Origin: an uncultured Leifsonia sp.
GTDB taxonomy: Bacteria; Actinomycetota; Actinomycetes; Actinomycetales; Microbacteriaceae
DNA: 64,000 bases
Assembly (NCBI GenBank): GCA_964655795.1
Contig: CAZZNX010000001.1
Span: forward strand, 2,400 to 66,399
Reading direction: 5' to 3'
In this document: positions 11,952-23,298 of the stretch, one piece after another
Numbering within the stretch: the stretch's first letter is position 1
Layout: each line of letters opens with the position of its first letter
Made by a program: the position numbers and the translations under genes
The notes under the pieces: generated by a model
Databases searched by the model: none
Seen by the model: only the letters and a program-made list of their open reading frames with translations
What the model was told of the DNA's origin: nothing

Positions 11952-12649
11952 CGTCGCCCGCCGTCCGTGCTGGCCCCGCCGTTGCTCCCGGGCTCGGCCA
12001 GTCGGTAGCCGACGCCTGGAACCGTGAGGATCAGCTCGGGGCCGCCCAGTGCCTTGCGCAGGGTCGACATGGTGACCCGTGGCGCGCTCGTGAAGGGGTC
12101 CGCGTTCTCGTCCCATGCCTTCTCGAGCAGTGTCTCCGCGCTGACGATGCCGCCACCCGCCTGCATCAGCAGTTCCAACACGGCGAACTGCTTGCGGGCG
12201 AGCTTCACATACCGCCCGTCGCGATACACCTGCTGCCGAAAGGTGTCCATCCGAAGGTCGGCGAACTCAAGCACCGGCGCGCTGGCAACGGTCGGTCGGC
12301 GACTCAGGGCTCGCAGCCGGACGATGAGCTCCTCCAGCGCGAATGGTTTGGTCAGGTAGTCGTCCGCGCCGAGCCGGAAGCCGTCGACCTTGTCGCGCAA
12401 TGAGGCCGCAGCGGTGAGCATCAGCACGCGGAGGTGGGCGTGTTCGCGCACAATGACGGCACACAGCTCGTCGCCATGGATTCCGGGGAGGTCGCGGTCG
12501 AGTACGACCACGTCGTACTCGTTCACGGCGATGCGTTCCAGCGCGTCGTCACCGCTGAACGCGATATCGGTGGCGATGCCCTCGTGGCTGAGCCCTGCCT
12601 GCAGCGCTTCCGCGAGGAAGACCTCATCCTCGACGACGAGCACGCGCAT
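11948..12649 (-). CDS. OmpR/PhoB-family response regulator
   Basis: MRVLVVEDEVFLAEALQAGL...VVVLDRDLPGIHGDE...KPFALEEL plus a winged-helix C-terminus (VPGVGYRL). ATG at 12649. Confidence 0.9.
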   Translation of the reverse strand: MRVLVVEDEVFLAEALQAGLSHEGIATDIAFSGDDALERIAVNEYDVVVLDRDLPGIHGDELCAVIVREHAHLRVLMLTAAASLRDKVDGFRLGADDYLTKPFALEELIVRLRALSRRPTVASAPVLEFADLRMDTFRQQVYRDGRYVKLARKQFAVLELLMQAGGGIVSAETLLEKAWDENADPFTSAPRVTMSTLRKALGGPELILTVPGVGYRLAEPGSNGGASTDGGRR

Positions 12650-12830
12650 CCGGTCAGTCCTCTCGGTTCTGCCGCAGCCCGCGACGAATCCGAGTCTAGA
12701 CAGGGCGGATGTTGCAGAAATGTGTGGTGATCGCCAGACGCTCACGCAACACGGCAGCTGATGGGCTGGGTGCCGCAATCGTTCATGGCACTCCGCACGT
12801 TATTGGAGCGCCGCAACAGGAAGAGAAGCA

Positions 12831-13400
12831 ATGCCTCAGCCACTCCCCCACACCCTGCGCGCCGCCGCATCCGCGATCGTCGTTGCATTCTGCGCGCTCA
12901 CCCTCAGCGCCTGCGGCTTCGCAGATGGCGGGCCGGCCACGGCGAGCGAAGCGGATCTCGGCGCTGAAGACGGCTACATCCCCGATGGGGAGAGCGTCTC
13001 ACCGTACGCAGACGATCTGCCGACCATCGCCAATCTCGACCTCGATCTGCGCAACGCCCTGCAGCGGGCCGCCGCCGATGCGGCGGCCGACGGGGTCGAC
13101 ATGCTCGTGACCGACGGCTGGCGCAGCGAGCGCTACCAACAGCTGCTCCTCGACAACGCGATTCGGAACTATCTCAGCGAGGACGAGGCGCGCAAGTGGG
13201 TGAAGACGCCGGAGGAGTCGACGCACGTGCAGGGTCTCGCCGTTGACATCGGGCCGACGGATGCCGACAGCTGGCTGAGCCAGCACGGCAGCGACTACGG
13301 ACTCTGTCAGACCTACGGCAACGAGATGTGGCACTTCGAGCTGGCCGTGCGGCCGGGTGAGATGTGCCCGGCCCCGTTGAATGATGCCTCGGCCGGCTGA
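12831..13400 (+). CDS. VanY-like D-Ala-D-Ala carboxypeptidase (peptidase M15B), lipoprotein
   Basis: Lipobox LTLSAC and Zn motifs STHVQGLAVD and EMWHFE. It is divergent from the two-component system. Confidence 0.8.
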   Translation: MPQPLPHTLRAAASAIVVAFCALTLSACGFADGGPATASEADLGAEDGYIPDGESVSPYADDLPTIANLDLDLRNALQRAAADAAADGVDMLVTDGWRSERYQQLLLDNAIRNYLSEDEARKWVKTPEESTHVQGLAVDIGPTDADSWLSQHGSDYGLCQTYGNEMWHFELAVRPGEMCPAPLNDASAG

Positions 13401-13413
13401 GGACCGGGTCGGG

Positions 13414-13989
13414 TCAGGACCGGGCTGCTCGTGAGGCGGCCTCGAGGAAGGCCGGGCGCACGCGGTCCCAGCCGTCGAGGTATCCGCCGACCATGGCCGC
13501 ATCGCGCAGGAGCACGAGCTGCGCGGCGGCGCCCGCGGCATCCGGAACAGCCGCCGCGTCCAACACGGACTCGAGCTCGGTGCGGAACCACGCGCGGTGC
13601 GCGCCGACCGCTTGTCGAACCGGGCTGTCGGGGTCCGGATACTCGGCCGCCGCGTTGATGAACGGGCAGCCTCGCGTGTGGTGACGGGCCACATCGTCGG
13701 CGAGGCCGGCGACCACGAGCTCGACGAGCTGCTTCGGTTCTGCACCGGATGCCTCTGCCGCGGCGAACGCGCCGCGAATCTGTGCATCCTCGACGCCGAG
13801 GTACGCCTCGACCAGATCTTCCTTGCTCGGAAAGTGACGGTAGAACGTCGCCCGCGTCACACCGGCTTCCGCCAGGATCCGGTCGACTCCGACCGAGTGG
13901 ATGCCCTCACGGTAGAAGAGTTCGGATGCCGCGCGCAGCAGTCGCTCGCGTGCTTCGGAGGCGCCGCTGGGAGTCGTTCGAGTAGCCAT
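13414..13989 (-). CDS. TetR-family transcriptional regulator
   Basis: HTH ARERLLRAASELFYREGIHSVGVDRILAEAGVTRATFYRHFPSKEDL. I chose ATG 13989; the track starts 2 codons upstream at TTG. Confidence 0.9.
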   Translation of the reverse strand: MATRTTPSGASEARERLLRAASELFYREGIHSVGVDRILAEAGVTRATFYRHFPSKEDLVEAYLGVEDAQIRGAFAAAEASGAEPKQLVELVVAGLADDVARHHTRGCPFINAAAEYPDPDSPVRQAVGAHRAWFRTELESVLDAAAVPDAAGAAAQLVLLRDAAMVGGYLDGWDRVRPAFLEAASRAARS

Positions 13990-14001
13990 AGACAAAATGA
14001 T

Positions 14002-14015
14002 AGAACGATCTTTCT
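14002..14015. promoter_or_regulatory. Near-palindrome AGAACGATCTTTCT, candidate TetR operator 1
   Basis: 6 of 7 palindromic pairs. It shares the AGAACGATC half-site with the site at 14071 and lies 13 nt upstream of the tetR ATG. Confidence 0.45.
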
Positions 14016-14023
14016 CTTTTTGC

Positions 14024-14052
14024 TTGACATCCTGTTCGGCGAGGCGTAACTT
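14024..14052 (+). promoter_or_regulatory. Sigma-70-like promoter for the alpha/beta hydrolase gene
   Basis: TTGACA (14024-14029), 17-nt spacer, TAACTT (14047-14052), about 65 nt upstream of ATG 14119. Confidence 0.5.
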
Positions 14053-14070
14053 TCATGTCAGAAGCAGAAA

Positions 14071-14082
14071 GAACGATCGTTC
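14071..14082. promoter_or_regulatory. Perfect 12-bp palindrome GAACGATCGTTC, candidate TetR operator 2
   Basis: Perfect palindrome just downstream of the predicted -10, in the hydrolase leader. Confidence 0.5.
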
Positions 14083-14118
14083 CACTTTCGGAACGACACC
14101 GACACAGGAGAAGGAATC

Positions 14119-14949
14119 ATGACAACCACCGACAACGCCCCCATCGTCCTCATCCACGGCCTGTGGATGACGCCGCGCAGCTGGGACACCTGGGCAGAGT
14201 ACTTCCGGAACCGCGGCCACGAGGTCATCATCCCGGGCTGGCCCGGCATCGATGACCGCTCGGTTGCCGATGTGCGGAACAACCCGGAGGCCCTCAAGGG
14301 CATCGGCCTGAAGCAGATCGCAGACCACTACGAGCGCATCATCCGCGCACTCCCCCGGAAGCCGATCATCATGGGCCACTCCTTCGGTGGCCTGCTCACC
14401 CAGATGCTCGCCGATCGCGACCTCGGAATCGCCTACGTCGGCGTCACCCCCGGCCAGCCGGCCGGCATCACCACCCTGCCGGCCTCGACGCTGTGGACGG
14501 GGACGCCCATCCTCGCGAACCCCTTCGGCAAGAACGGCGCGAAGCCGCTCTCCAAGTCGCACTTCCACTTCACCTTCGGCAACGACCTCGGCCGCGAAGA
14601 GTCCGATGCGCTCTGGGAGGAGTTCGCCGTCAACTCGTACAACCGCGTGTTCTTCGAGGGCGTCGCTGCAGCGTTCAACGAGAAGGGCGGCGTCAGCCAC
14701 GTGAACTTCGCGAAGGCGGACCGAGCTCCACTGCTCGTGATCACCGGTGAGATCGACCACGTCGTCCCACCTGCCATCGGCCAGGCCATCGTCAAGAAGT
14801 ACAACGCGAGCGGCAGCCCAGCGCTCGTCGAGTACAAGGAGTACGCCGGCCGCACCCACCGGATCGTCAGCCAGGACGGCTGGGAAGAGGTGGCCGAGTA
14901 CGCACTGGACTGGGCCATCGCCAAGTCCTCTGCCACCAGCGCCGCGTAG
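14119..14949 (+). CDS. Alpha/beta-fold hydrolase
   Basis: IVLIHGLWMTPRSWDTW... with nucleophile elbow GHSFGG, 276 aa. Confidence 0.85.
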   Translation: MTTTDNAPIVLIHGLWMTPRSWDTWAEYFRNRGHEVIIPGWPGIDDRSVADVRNNPEALKGIGLKQIADHYERIIRALPRKPIIMGHSFGGLLTQMLADRDLGIAYVGVTPGQPAGITTLPASTLWTGTPILANPFGKNGAKPLSKSHFHFTFGNDLGREESDALWEEFAVNSYNRVFFEGVAAAFNEKGGVSHVNFAKADRAPLLVITGEIDHVVPPAIGQAIVKKYNASGSPALVEYKEYAGRTHRIVSQDGWEEVAEYALDWAIAKSSATSAA

Positions 14950-15046
14950 CCGTCGGGCGCGGTCACGGCGCTTGCCAGCCCCGTGACCCGCTTCACTGCT
15001 CACCCTCGCCACCGTGATCGGCATCGCCCGCCACCGCACAGTCCAT

Positions 15047-15103
15047 TGAGAGCGGTCAAATGGCCGCTTGTGGGGCCCGAAAGCGGCCATTTGACCGCTC
15101 TCA
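15047..15103. repeat. Perfect 22-bp-arm inverted repeat (57-nt hairpin), either a terminator or a REP-like element
   Basis: TGAGAGCGGTCAAATGGCCGCT (15047-15068), 13-nt loop, AGCGGCCATTTGACCGCTCTCA (15082-15103). It lies between two same-strand genes and has no U-tract. Confidence 0.6.
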
Positions 15104-15136
15104 ACGGAATTGGCGGGTGGCGCCTAGGCTGATGGC

Positions 15137-15883
15137 GTGGTCAGAGCATTCTTCGGCGGGGTCGGGCTGCTGCTGCGCGGCTTCGCTTTCTGGACCCGTC
15201 GGCCGGGTCTCATGTTGCTGGGGCTGGTTCCGGCCGCGATCGTCTTCGCCCTGATCCTGGCCGGCCTCGTCGCGCTCGGGTTCAACGTGGCGCCGATCGT
15301 CGACTGGCTGACCCCCTTCGACGAGACGTGGCCAGAGCCATGGCCGAGCATCGTGAACGCGGCGATGGGCACGGTGCTGTTCGCGGTCGCGATCGTGCTG
15401 AGCGCGGTGACCTTCACTGCGCTGACCCTCGCCGTCGGCGACCCGTTCTACGAACGGATCTGGCTGGCCGCCGAGCGAGACCTCGGCGGGGAGAGCCCGA
15501 CAGAGGGCGCCGGATTCTGGCGCGGGGTGCGCAGCGCACTCTGGCTGCTCGGAGCAGGCCTGCTCACCGCCGCGTGCGTCGCACTCAGCGGTTTCATCCC
15601 CCTGATCGGCGGCGTTCTCGCTCCTGTGCTCGGCGTCGTGTTCTCCGGACGGCTGCTGGCGGTCGAGCTGAGCTCCAGGGCCTTCGAGGCGCGCGCCATC
15701 CCTGGCGCTCAGCAGCGCGTGCTCCGCCGCGGCATCCGCTGGCAACTGCTCGGCTTCGGCGTGGCGACGCAGCTGCTCTTCATGATCCCGTTCGGAGCGG
15801 TGTTCACGATGCCGGCGGCCGTGGCCGGGTCGACATTCCTCGCCCGTGCAGCGCTCAACGCCTCGCAAGCGGCGCGGCTCTAA
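15137..15883 (+). CDS. EI24/CysZ-like (DUF540) membrane protein
   Basis: 248 aa from a GTG start, with 4-5 TM segments, LLRGFAFWTRRPGL near the N-terminus and FMIPFGAVFTMPAAVAGSTF near the C-terminus. Confidence 0.65.
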   Translation: MVRAFFGGVGLLLRGFAFWTRRPGLMLLGLVPAAIVFALILAGLVALGFNVAPIVDWLTPFDETWPEPWPSIVNAAMGTVLFAVAIVLSAVTFTALTLAVGDPFYERIWLAAERDLGGESPTEGAGFWRGVRSALWLLGAGLLTAACVALSGFIPLIGGVLAPVLGVVFSGRLLAVELSSRAFEARAIPGAQQRVLRRGIRWQLLGFGVATQLLFMIPFGAVFTMPAAVAGSTFLARAALNASQAARL

Positions 15884-16324
15884 CTACGCGCCGCCCATCC
15901 GTTCCATCACATTGGTGCCGTCGGAGAGCACCGGCGAGATGAGCCCGAAGACGTTGTTGTCCGGATCGAGCAGGTAGCCGGCGCGGCCGATGCCCTCCAT
16001 GTCTTCGAGCGGAAGCGCCTCGATGGCACCGAGCGCGAGGCCCTTCGCGAAGAGGCTGTCGACGTCGTCGACGCCGACGACGAAGTTGGCCCCGTTCACC
16101 GGCGCTCCCACATCGGGACTCGGCCCCATGCGTTGCGTGAGGCCGCCGTTGATGCCGCGGCCGAGCTCAGATGTCATGTTGATCGCGCCCTCACCGGTGT
16201 CGATCGACCAATACGACATGTCGCCGTAGCGCGTGAAGGTCCAGCCGAACAACTCGGTGTAGAAGTCGATGAGCTTCTGCGGTTCGGATGCGTGGATCTC
16301 GAAGTGGACGACGAGGTTCGCCAT
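15884..16324 (-). CDS. VOC (glyoxalase/bleomycin-resistance) family protein
   Basis: MANLVVHFEIHASEPQKLIDFYTELFGWTF..., 146 aa. Confidence 0.85.
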   Translation of the reverse strand: MANLVVHFEIHASEPQKLIDFYTELFGWTFTRYGDMSYWSIDTGEGAINMTSELGRGINGGLTQRMGPSPDVGAPVNGANFVVGVDDVDSLFAKGLALGAIEALPLEDMEGIGRAGYLLDPDNNVFGLISPVLSDGTNVMERMGGA

Positions 16325-16380
16325 GATGCCTCCTTGCAGTGGTGGCAGTCATGCTACGCCGGCCGTTCGGAGACGGCCAG

Positions 16381-16427
16381 CCTCTGTCCGGAGCGGTGCG
16401 CGCTGCGCGCATCGCTCCGGACAGAGG
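16381..16427 (-). terminator. Hairpin immediately downstream of the Clp ATPase gene
   Basis: CCTCTGTCCGGAGCG (16381-16395) and CGCTCCGGACAGAGG (16413-16427) form a perfect 15-bp stem. The 17-nt loop is itself GC-palindromic. Confidence 0.6.
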
Positions 16428-16432
16428 GCCGG

Positions 16433-19018
<2,586 letters not shown>

Positions 19019-19037
19019 GAAACCTCCTTGGGTCAAA

Positions 19038-19058
19038 CTTGAGTGCCTTACGCTCAAC
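19038..19058. promoter_or_regulatory. HAIR-like inverted repeat (HspR operator consensus CTTGAGT-N7-ACTCAAG)
   Basis: The plus strand reads CTTGAGT-gccttac-GCTCAAC: one perfect half-site, one 5/7 half-site, exact N7 spacing. It lies 20-40 nt upstream of the clp GTG and abuts the SD. Confidence 0.5.
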
Positions 19059-19136
19059 TTCAACGCTGGCGGCGCCAGAGTATTCCGTTCCGCGGCCGCG
19101 CCCGGCTGTGAATGGCCTGTGTGCCGCACGGGCGAT

Positions 19137-19964
19137 TCAGCCGCGCCGCTCCTCCCCACGGCGGTGGCCCAGTGCGCGGCTGATGCCGTTGGCGGCGAGC
19201 CGCACCGCGTGCTCCCCGGCCATGTCGCGGGTGCCGGTCGTGCGGCTCACGATCGAGACGGCGGCCACGACGCGGCCGCCGCGGTCGCGGATCGGTGCGG
19301 CGACCGAGCTCGACCCCGGCGTCATCTCCTCCGACATGATCGCGAAGCCCATCGCCCGGATCTCGGCGAGCCGGGCGCGCAGCAGCTCCGGCGATGTGAC
19401 GGTGTTCGGGAGGTAGCCGGTGAGCGATGTTGAGAGATAGGAGTCGATGAGCTCGCTCGGCGCGGTCGCCAACAAGACGAGCCCGACCCCGGTCGAGTGC
19501 AGTGGCAGACGCCCACCGACCCGGGAGATCACCGGCACCGGGCTGTGCCCGGAGAGCTTCTCGACGTAGAGCGCATCGTGGCCGTCGAGGATCGCGAGGT
19601 GCACGTGCTCCTTCGACACCTCAAAGAGATCCTCGAGGTAGGGCAGCGCGACGGCGCGCAGGTCCCGTGCCGTCGGGGCCTGAACGCCGAGCTCCCACAG
19701 CCGGAGCCCCAGCGCGTAGCGGCCGTCGGGCTGACGGCTGAGACCGCCCCAGCCCACCCACTCGGCGACGAGGCGGTGCGCGGTCGAGAGCGGCAGCCCG
19801 GCCCGATCGGCGATCGCGGTGAGGCTGAGCGATGAGGAGGCCGGCGGCAGAGTGAAGGCGTCCAGAATCGCGAACAGGCGCGCGGCCACCGAGCGCTCAT
19901 CCGTCGCACCAGTGCCGTTCACCACACTGCCGTTCGCCCTCGAACTCGCTGGTCTGCCTGCCAT
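19137..19964 (-). CDS. IclR-family transcriptional regulator
   Basis: ARLFAILDAFTL...SLTAIADRAGLPLSTAHRLVAEWV (HTH) plus an IclR effector domain. I chose ATG 19964. Confidence 0.85.
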   Translation of the reverse strand: MAGRPASSRANGSVVNGTGATDERSVAARLFAILDAFTLPPASSSLSLTAIADRAGLPLSTAHRLVAEWVGWGGLSRQPDGRYALGLRLWELGVQAPTARDLRAVALPYLEDLFEVSKEHVHLAILDGHDALYVEKLSGHSPVPVISRVGGRLPLHSTGVGLVLLATAPSELIDSYLSTSLTGYLPNTVTSPELLRARLAEIRAMGFAIMSEEMTPGSSSVAAPIRDRGGRVVAAVSIVSRTTGTRDMAGEHAVRLAANGISRALGHRRGEERRG

Positions 19965-20080
19965 GATTGCCAACGATACCCACTGCCGAGCGCATTGCCT
20001 CGACCGCGCGACGGTGGCAGAGTGGTCACCGGGGTTCGAGAAGAGGAGACCATGTCCATTCTCGCGATGCGATCGAACAC

Positions 20081-20695
20081 ATGACGCCCGCCGCCGAGCC
20101 CGCACCCGCCCTCGTCGGGGACGACGAACTGGAGGAGCTCGAGCGCGAGTTCATCTCGCGGCTGCGGGGCCGCGTGCTCGAGATCGGAGCGGGTGAGGGC
20201 GTCAACTTCGGCGCCCTGCACCCCGATGTGCTCTGGATCGGCCTCGAACCGGATGCCGCGCGCCGCCGCGAACTCACCACCCGCGCCAAGGAGTGGGGCC
20301 ACTCCGCAGTGCCGCTCGACGCGCGCTGCGAGTCGATACCCCTGCCGGACGATTCGGTGGATGCCGTCGTCGGCACCTTCGTGCTCTGCTCGGTCAGCGA
20401 TCCGGCACTCGCCCTCGCCGAGGTGCGACGTGTGCTCGTTCCCGGCGGCCGGGTCATCTTCATCGACCATGTCGCCGCCCCGCCCGGCACGCTGAAGCGT
20501 GCGGTGCAGCGAGTTGCGACACCGTTCTCTGCCCGGTTCTGCCATGGCTGCCATGGCTGCCACTGGGATCGCGACACGGCGGAGCTCCTTGCGGCCGCGG
20601 GCTTCGAGCCCGATGATCGGCGGCAACTGCGGGTGCGCTCCGCCCCGTTCGGCCCGGTGCCCACCCACCTCTTCGACGGCCACGCGCCCGACTAG
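20081..20695 (+). CDS. Class I SAM-dependent methyltransferase
   Basis: Motif I VLEIGAGEGVN, then PDDSVDAVVGTFVLCSV and RVLVPGGRVIFIDH. I chose ATG 20081. Confidence 0.8.
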   Translation: MTPAAEPAPALVGDDELEELEREFISRLRGRVLEIGAGEGVNFGALHPDVLWIGLEPDAARRRELTTRAKEWGHSAVPLDARCESIPLPDDSVDAVVGTFVLCSVSDPALALAEVRRVLVPGGRVIFIDHVAAPPGTLKRAVQRVATPFSARFCHGCHGCHWDRDTAELLAAAGFEPDDRRQLRVRSAPFGPVPTHLFDGHAPD

Positions 20696-20703
20696 CGGCA
20701 GGC

Positions 20704-21282
20704 TTGGCCATGGCGATCGAGGTGCGCGCGGCGACCGTGTTCGACGACGTCCGAGCGATGGTCGGTCCGAAGCGCCCCGATGCGAATGTGTGCTGGTGCC
20801 TCAGCTATCGGATTCCGTCCACCGAGAACCTGGCGCTGCACGGCCCTGCCCGCGGCGAGCGCGTGCGGGAGCTGTGCCGGGAGGATCCACCGCCAGGAGT
20901 GCTCGCCTATGACGGCGACGAGGTCGTCGGCTGGGCTGGTGTGCACCCACGAGCCGACACGGGATTCGCCCGCAACCGCAAGATTCCGCACATCGACGAG
21001 CTCGACGTCTGGTCGATCTGGTGCGTGCGTGTGCGGCCGGGGCACCGCGGAACGGGCATCTCCCACGAGCTCGTGGCGGGCGCCGTCGCATTCGCCAGGG
21101 AACACGGGGCTCCGGCGGTCGAGGCCTACCCCGTCGACAACCGGGGCGAGAAGGTCGACCTGACGATGGCCTACGTCGGCACGCGGGCGCTGTTCGAGCG
21201 GGCCGGTTTCACGAAGGCCGCGGACACCGACTCCGTGCTCAATGGCTTTCCTCGCGTTCTGATGCGGCTCGACCTCCGCTGA
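20704..21282 (+). CDS. GNAT-family N-acetyltransferase
   Basis: 192 aa with acetyl-CoA motif A-like VRPGHRGTGISHELVAGAVAFAREHG. Confidence 0.75.
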   Translation: MAMAIEVRAATVFDDVRAMVGPKRPDANVCWCLSYRIPSTENLALHGPARGERVRELCREDPPPGVLAYDGDEVVGWAGVHPRADTGFARNRKIPHIDELDVWSIWCVRVRPGHRGTGISHELVAGAVAFAREHGAPAVEAYPVDNRGEKVDLTMAYVGTRALFERAGFTKAADTDSVLNGFPRVLMRLDLR

Positions 21283-22174
21283 GAGGAGGCGCACCGAGCC
21301 GTGCGATCCGGGCACGCGCGTTCTGTTCACTCGGCGAGACCGGGCCGAGCACCCGCCGGCCCAGCACGAGGAACGCCCTGGTCATCGTGATCGCCGGCCA
21401 CCACGGCCGGCGCAGGCCGAGCAGCACTCGACTGTCGGCATCGAGCGAGGCGACGGCGCCGCCGAAGAGCACAGGGTAGAGCCGACCGGTGAGCCCGGGC
21501 AGCCCGGGCTTGCGGAGGAAGCGGACGGCCTCCGCCACCCGCGCGTCCGGCTTCGCATCGACCAGGAACCCGGCCATCTCGGCGCGCAACCCGGCGACGC
21601 TCTGCGGCGGTTGCCGCACACCCATGAGCCTGCCCGCCTGGGCCCACTCGCGCACATAGGCATCGCCGCCACCCGGAATCGGCCCACCCCAGATCAGGTG
21701 GGCGCCGAGGAACGCCTCAGTGAATGCGTCGTGCACCCAGCGCAGCAGCTCCTCATCGTTCGCCGCATACGGCCGTTCGAGGCCGTGGGCGTCCACGTAG
21801 CTGCCGGTGACGTGCTCGTGCAGACGGGAGACGAACGCGGATGCCGCCGTTGCACTCCGGGTGTCACCGAATGTCACGGTCGCCACCCAGCGCACGGTGC
21901 CGTCGAGCCGCCCGAGCGGGTCGTCGTGGTAGCGCGACCAGTCGTGCACGCCGGCCATCGCACCGGGGTGCAAGGTCTGCAGGAGCAGGGCGCGGATGCC
22001 GGCGACCAAGGTGGTCAGGGAGCCGTTGACCGCCCACACGGCGCTGCCGGGGCCGAAGAAGCCGGCATCCTCACCCTCGGCGAGGGCATGCGTCCACGCG
22101 GGAGGCTGCCGCCGACCGCTCCGCCCTGGCCGCCAGCGCGTGCCGGCGCCGTCGGCTCGTTGCTCGCCGTTCAT
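21239..22174 (-). CDS. MpaB/DUF2236-family oxygenase-like protein
   Basis: FFGPGSAVWAVNGSLTTLVAGIRALLLQTLHPGAMAGV... is typical of DUF2236. Its 3' end overlaps the convergent GNAT gene. Confidence 0.7.
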   Translation of the reverse strand: MNGEQRADGAGTRWRPGRSGRRQPPAWTHALAEGEDAGFFGPGSAVWAVNGSLTTLVAGIRALLLQTLHPGAMAGVHDWSRYHDDPLGRLDGTVRWVATVTFGDTRSATAASAFVSRLHEHVTGSYVDAHGLERPYAANDEELLRWVHDAFTEAFLGAHLIWGGPIPGGGDAYVREWAQAGRLMGVRQPPQSVAGLRAEMAGFLVDAKPDARVAEAVRFLRKPGLPGLTGRLYPVLFGGAVASLDADSRVLLGLRRPWWPAITMTRAFLVLGRRVLGPVSPSEQNARARIARLGAPPLSGGRAASEREESH

Positions 22175-22219
22175 AGCTCGACGGTACGCCCGAGGAATCT
22201 GCCACGCCAGATGCGGTGC

Positions 22220-23233
22220 CTACTGCACCGACCAGCCGCCGTCGGACGGCAGCGTCGCACCGTTGATGTTCACGCCGTCGTCGCTGAGCAGGAAGGTGAT
22301 CGATGCGGCCAGCTGCTCGGCCGTCGCCAGCGACGGGATCGCCGACTGGAACGGCTGCAGGCGTGCCTGGCCGGCCTCCGACACGTGCGGGGGGAACGGG
22401 ATGCCGGTGGCGACGCCGCCGGGCGCGACCGCGTTGACGCGGATGCCGTGCGGGCCGTACATGAAGGCGGCGCTGCGGGTGAGCCCGATGACCGCGTGCT
22501 TCGAGGCCGTGTACGCGTTGCCGGAGGCGTTGCCGCGTAGGCCGGCCTCGCTGGAGACGTTCACGACGGAGCCGGCTCCTGCTGCCATCATCGCGGGCAG
22601 CACGCCGCGCGTGAGCTTGAAGGTTCCGGTGACGTTGACGCCGATCACGCGGTCCCACATCGCGTCGCTCGTCTCGTGCAGCGGCGAGAAGTCGTCGTTG
22701 ATGCCGGCCACGTTGGCGAGGCCGTCGATGCGCTCGCCGGCGGCGGCGATGATCGCGTCGACCGACTCCTGCTTCGTGATGTCGCCTGCAACGGTCACGA
22801 TCTCGGCACCGGGGATCGATGTGGCGAACTCGGCGAGCTTCTCGGCCGAGATGTCGACGGCCACGACACGGCCGCCTTCCCGAGCGATGCGGCTCGCGGT
22901 GGCCCGGCCGATGCCGGAGGCCGCGCCGGTGACGACGACGGTCTTGCCGGAGAAGCGGCCAGAGGTGACCGTCTCCTGCCAGCCGGTGGCCTCGGTCTCG
23001 GGGATCACGCCGCCGTTGACGGACTTCACCAGGTCGTCGATGACCGATTGCGGCATCTGTCCCTGGCTGAGCGCGACGAGCTGCTGCAGCGGCAGGCCGA
23101 GCACCGGCGCGAGCGACTCCTCGGTGGCTCCGGATGCGGCCAGCAGGCCCTTCACTGCCGGACCACCCGCGGGGTGGGCGAGCCATTCGCCGATGGTGCT
23201 GTTGCCGGTGAGCGGCTTCGGATCCGTTGCCAT
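22220..23233 (-). CDS. SDR-family oxidoreductase with an unrecognised ~90-aa N-terminal extension
   Basis: TVVVTGAASGIGRA, NVAGI and the YTASKHAV catalytic motif. ATG 23233 is preceded by AAAGGAC. Confidence 0.85.
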   Translation of the reverse strand: MATDPKPLTGNSTIGEWLAHPAGGPAVKGLLAASGATEESLAPVLGLPLQQLVALSQGQMPQSVIDDLVKSVNGGVIPETEATGWQETVTSGRFSGKTVVVTGAASGIGRATASRIAREGGRVVAVDISAEKLAEFATSIPGAEIVTVAGDITKQESVDAIIAAAGERIDGLANVAGINDDFSPLHETSDAMWDRVIGVNVTGTFKLTRGVLPAMMAAGAGSVVNVSSEAGLRGNASGNAYTASKHAVIGLTRSAAFMYGPHGIRVNAVAPGGVATGIPFPPHVSEAGQARLQPFQSAIPSLATAEQLAASITFLLSDDGVNINGATLPSDGGWSVQ

Positions 23234-23298
23234 CTGAGAGTCCTTTCGTACGCTCCGGCCATCGTGGACGGAGCTCTGGGTTTGTGCCGCCAGAGTAT

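Noticed and set aside
12745-12817. Three CGCAA(C/T) hexamers upstream of the VanY-like gene, considered as possible response-regulator direct repeats.
   Set aside because: The spacings (29 and 38 nt) do not fit helical phasing, and the motif is short and GC-rich.
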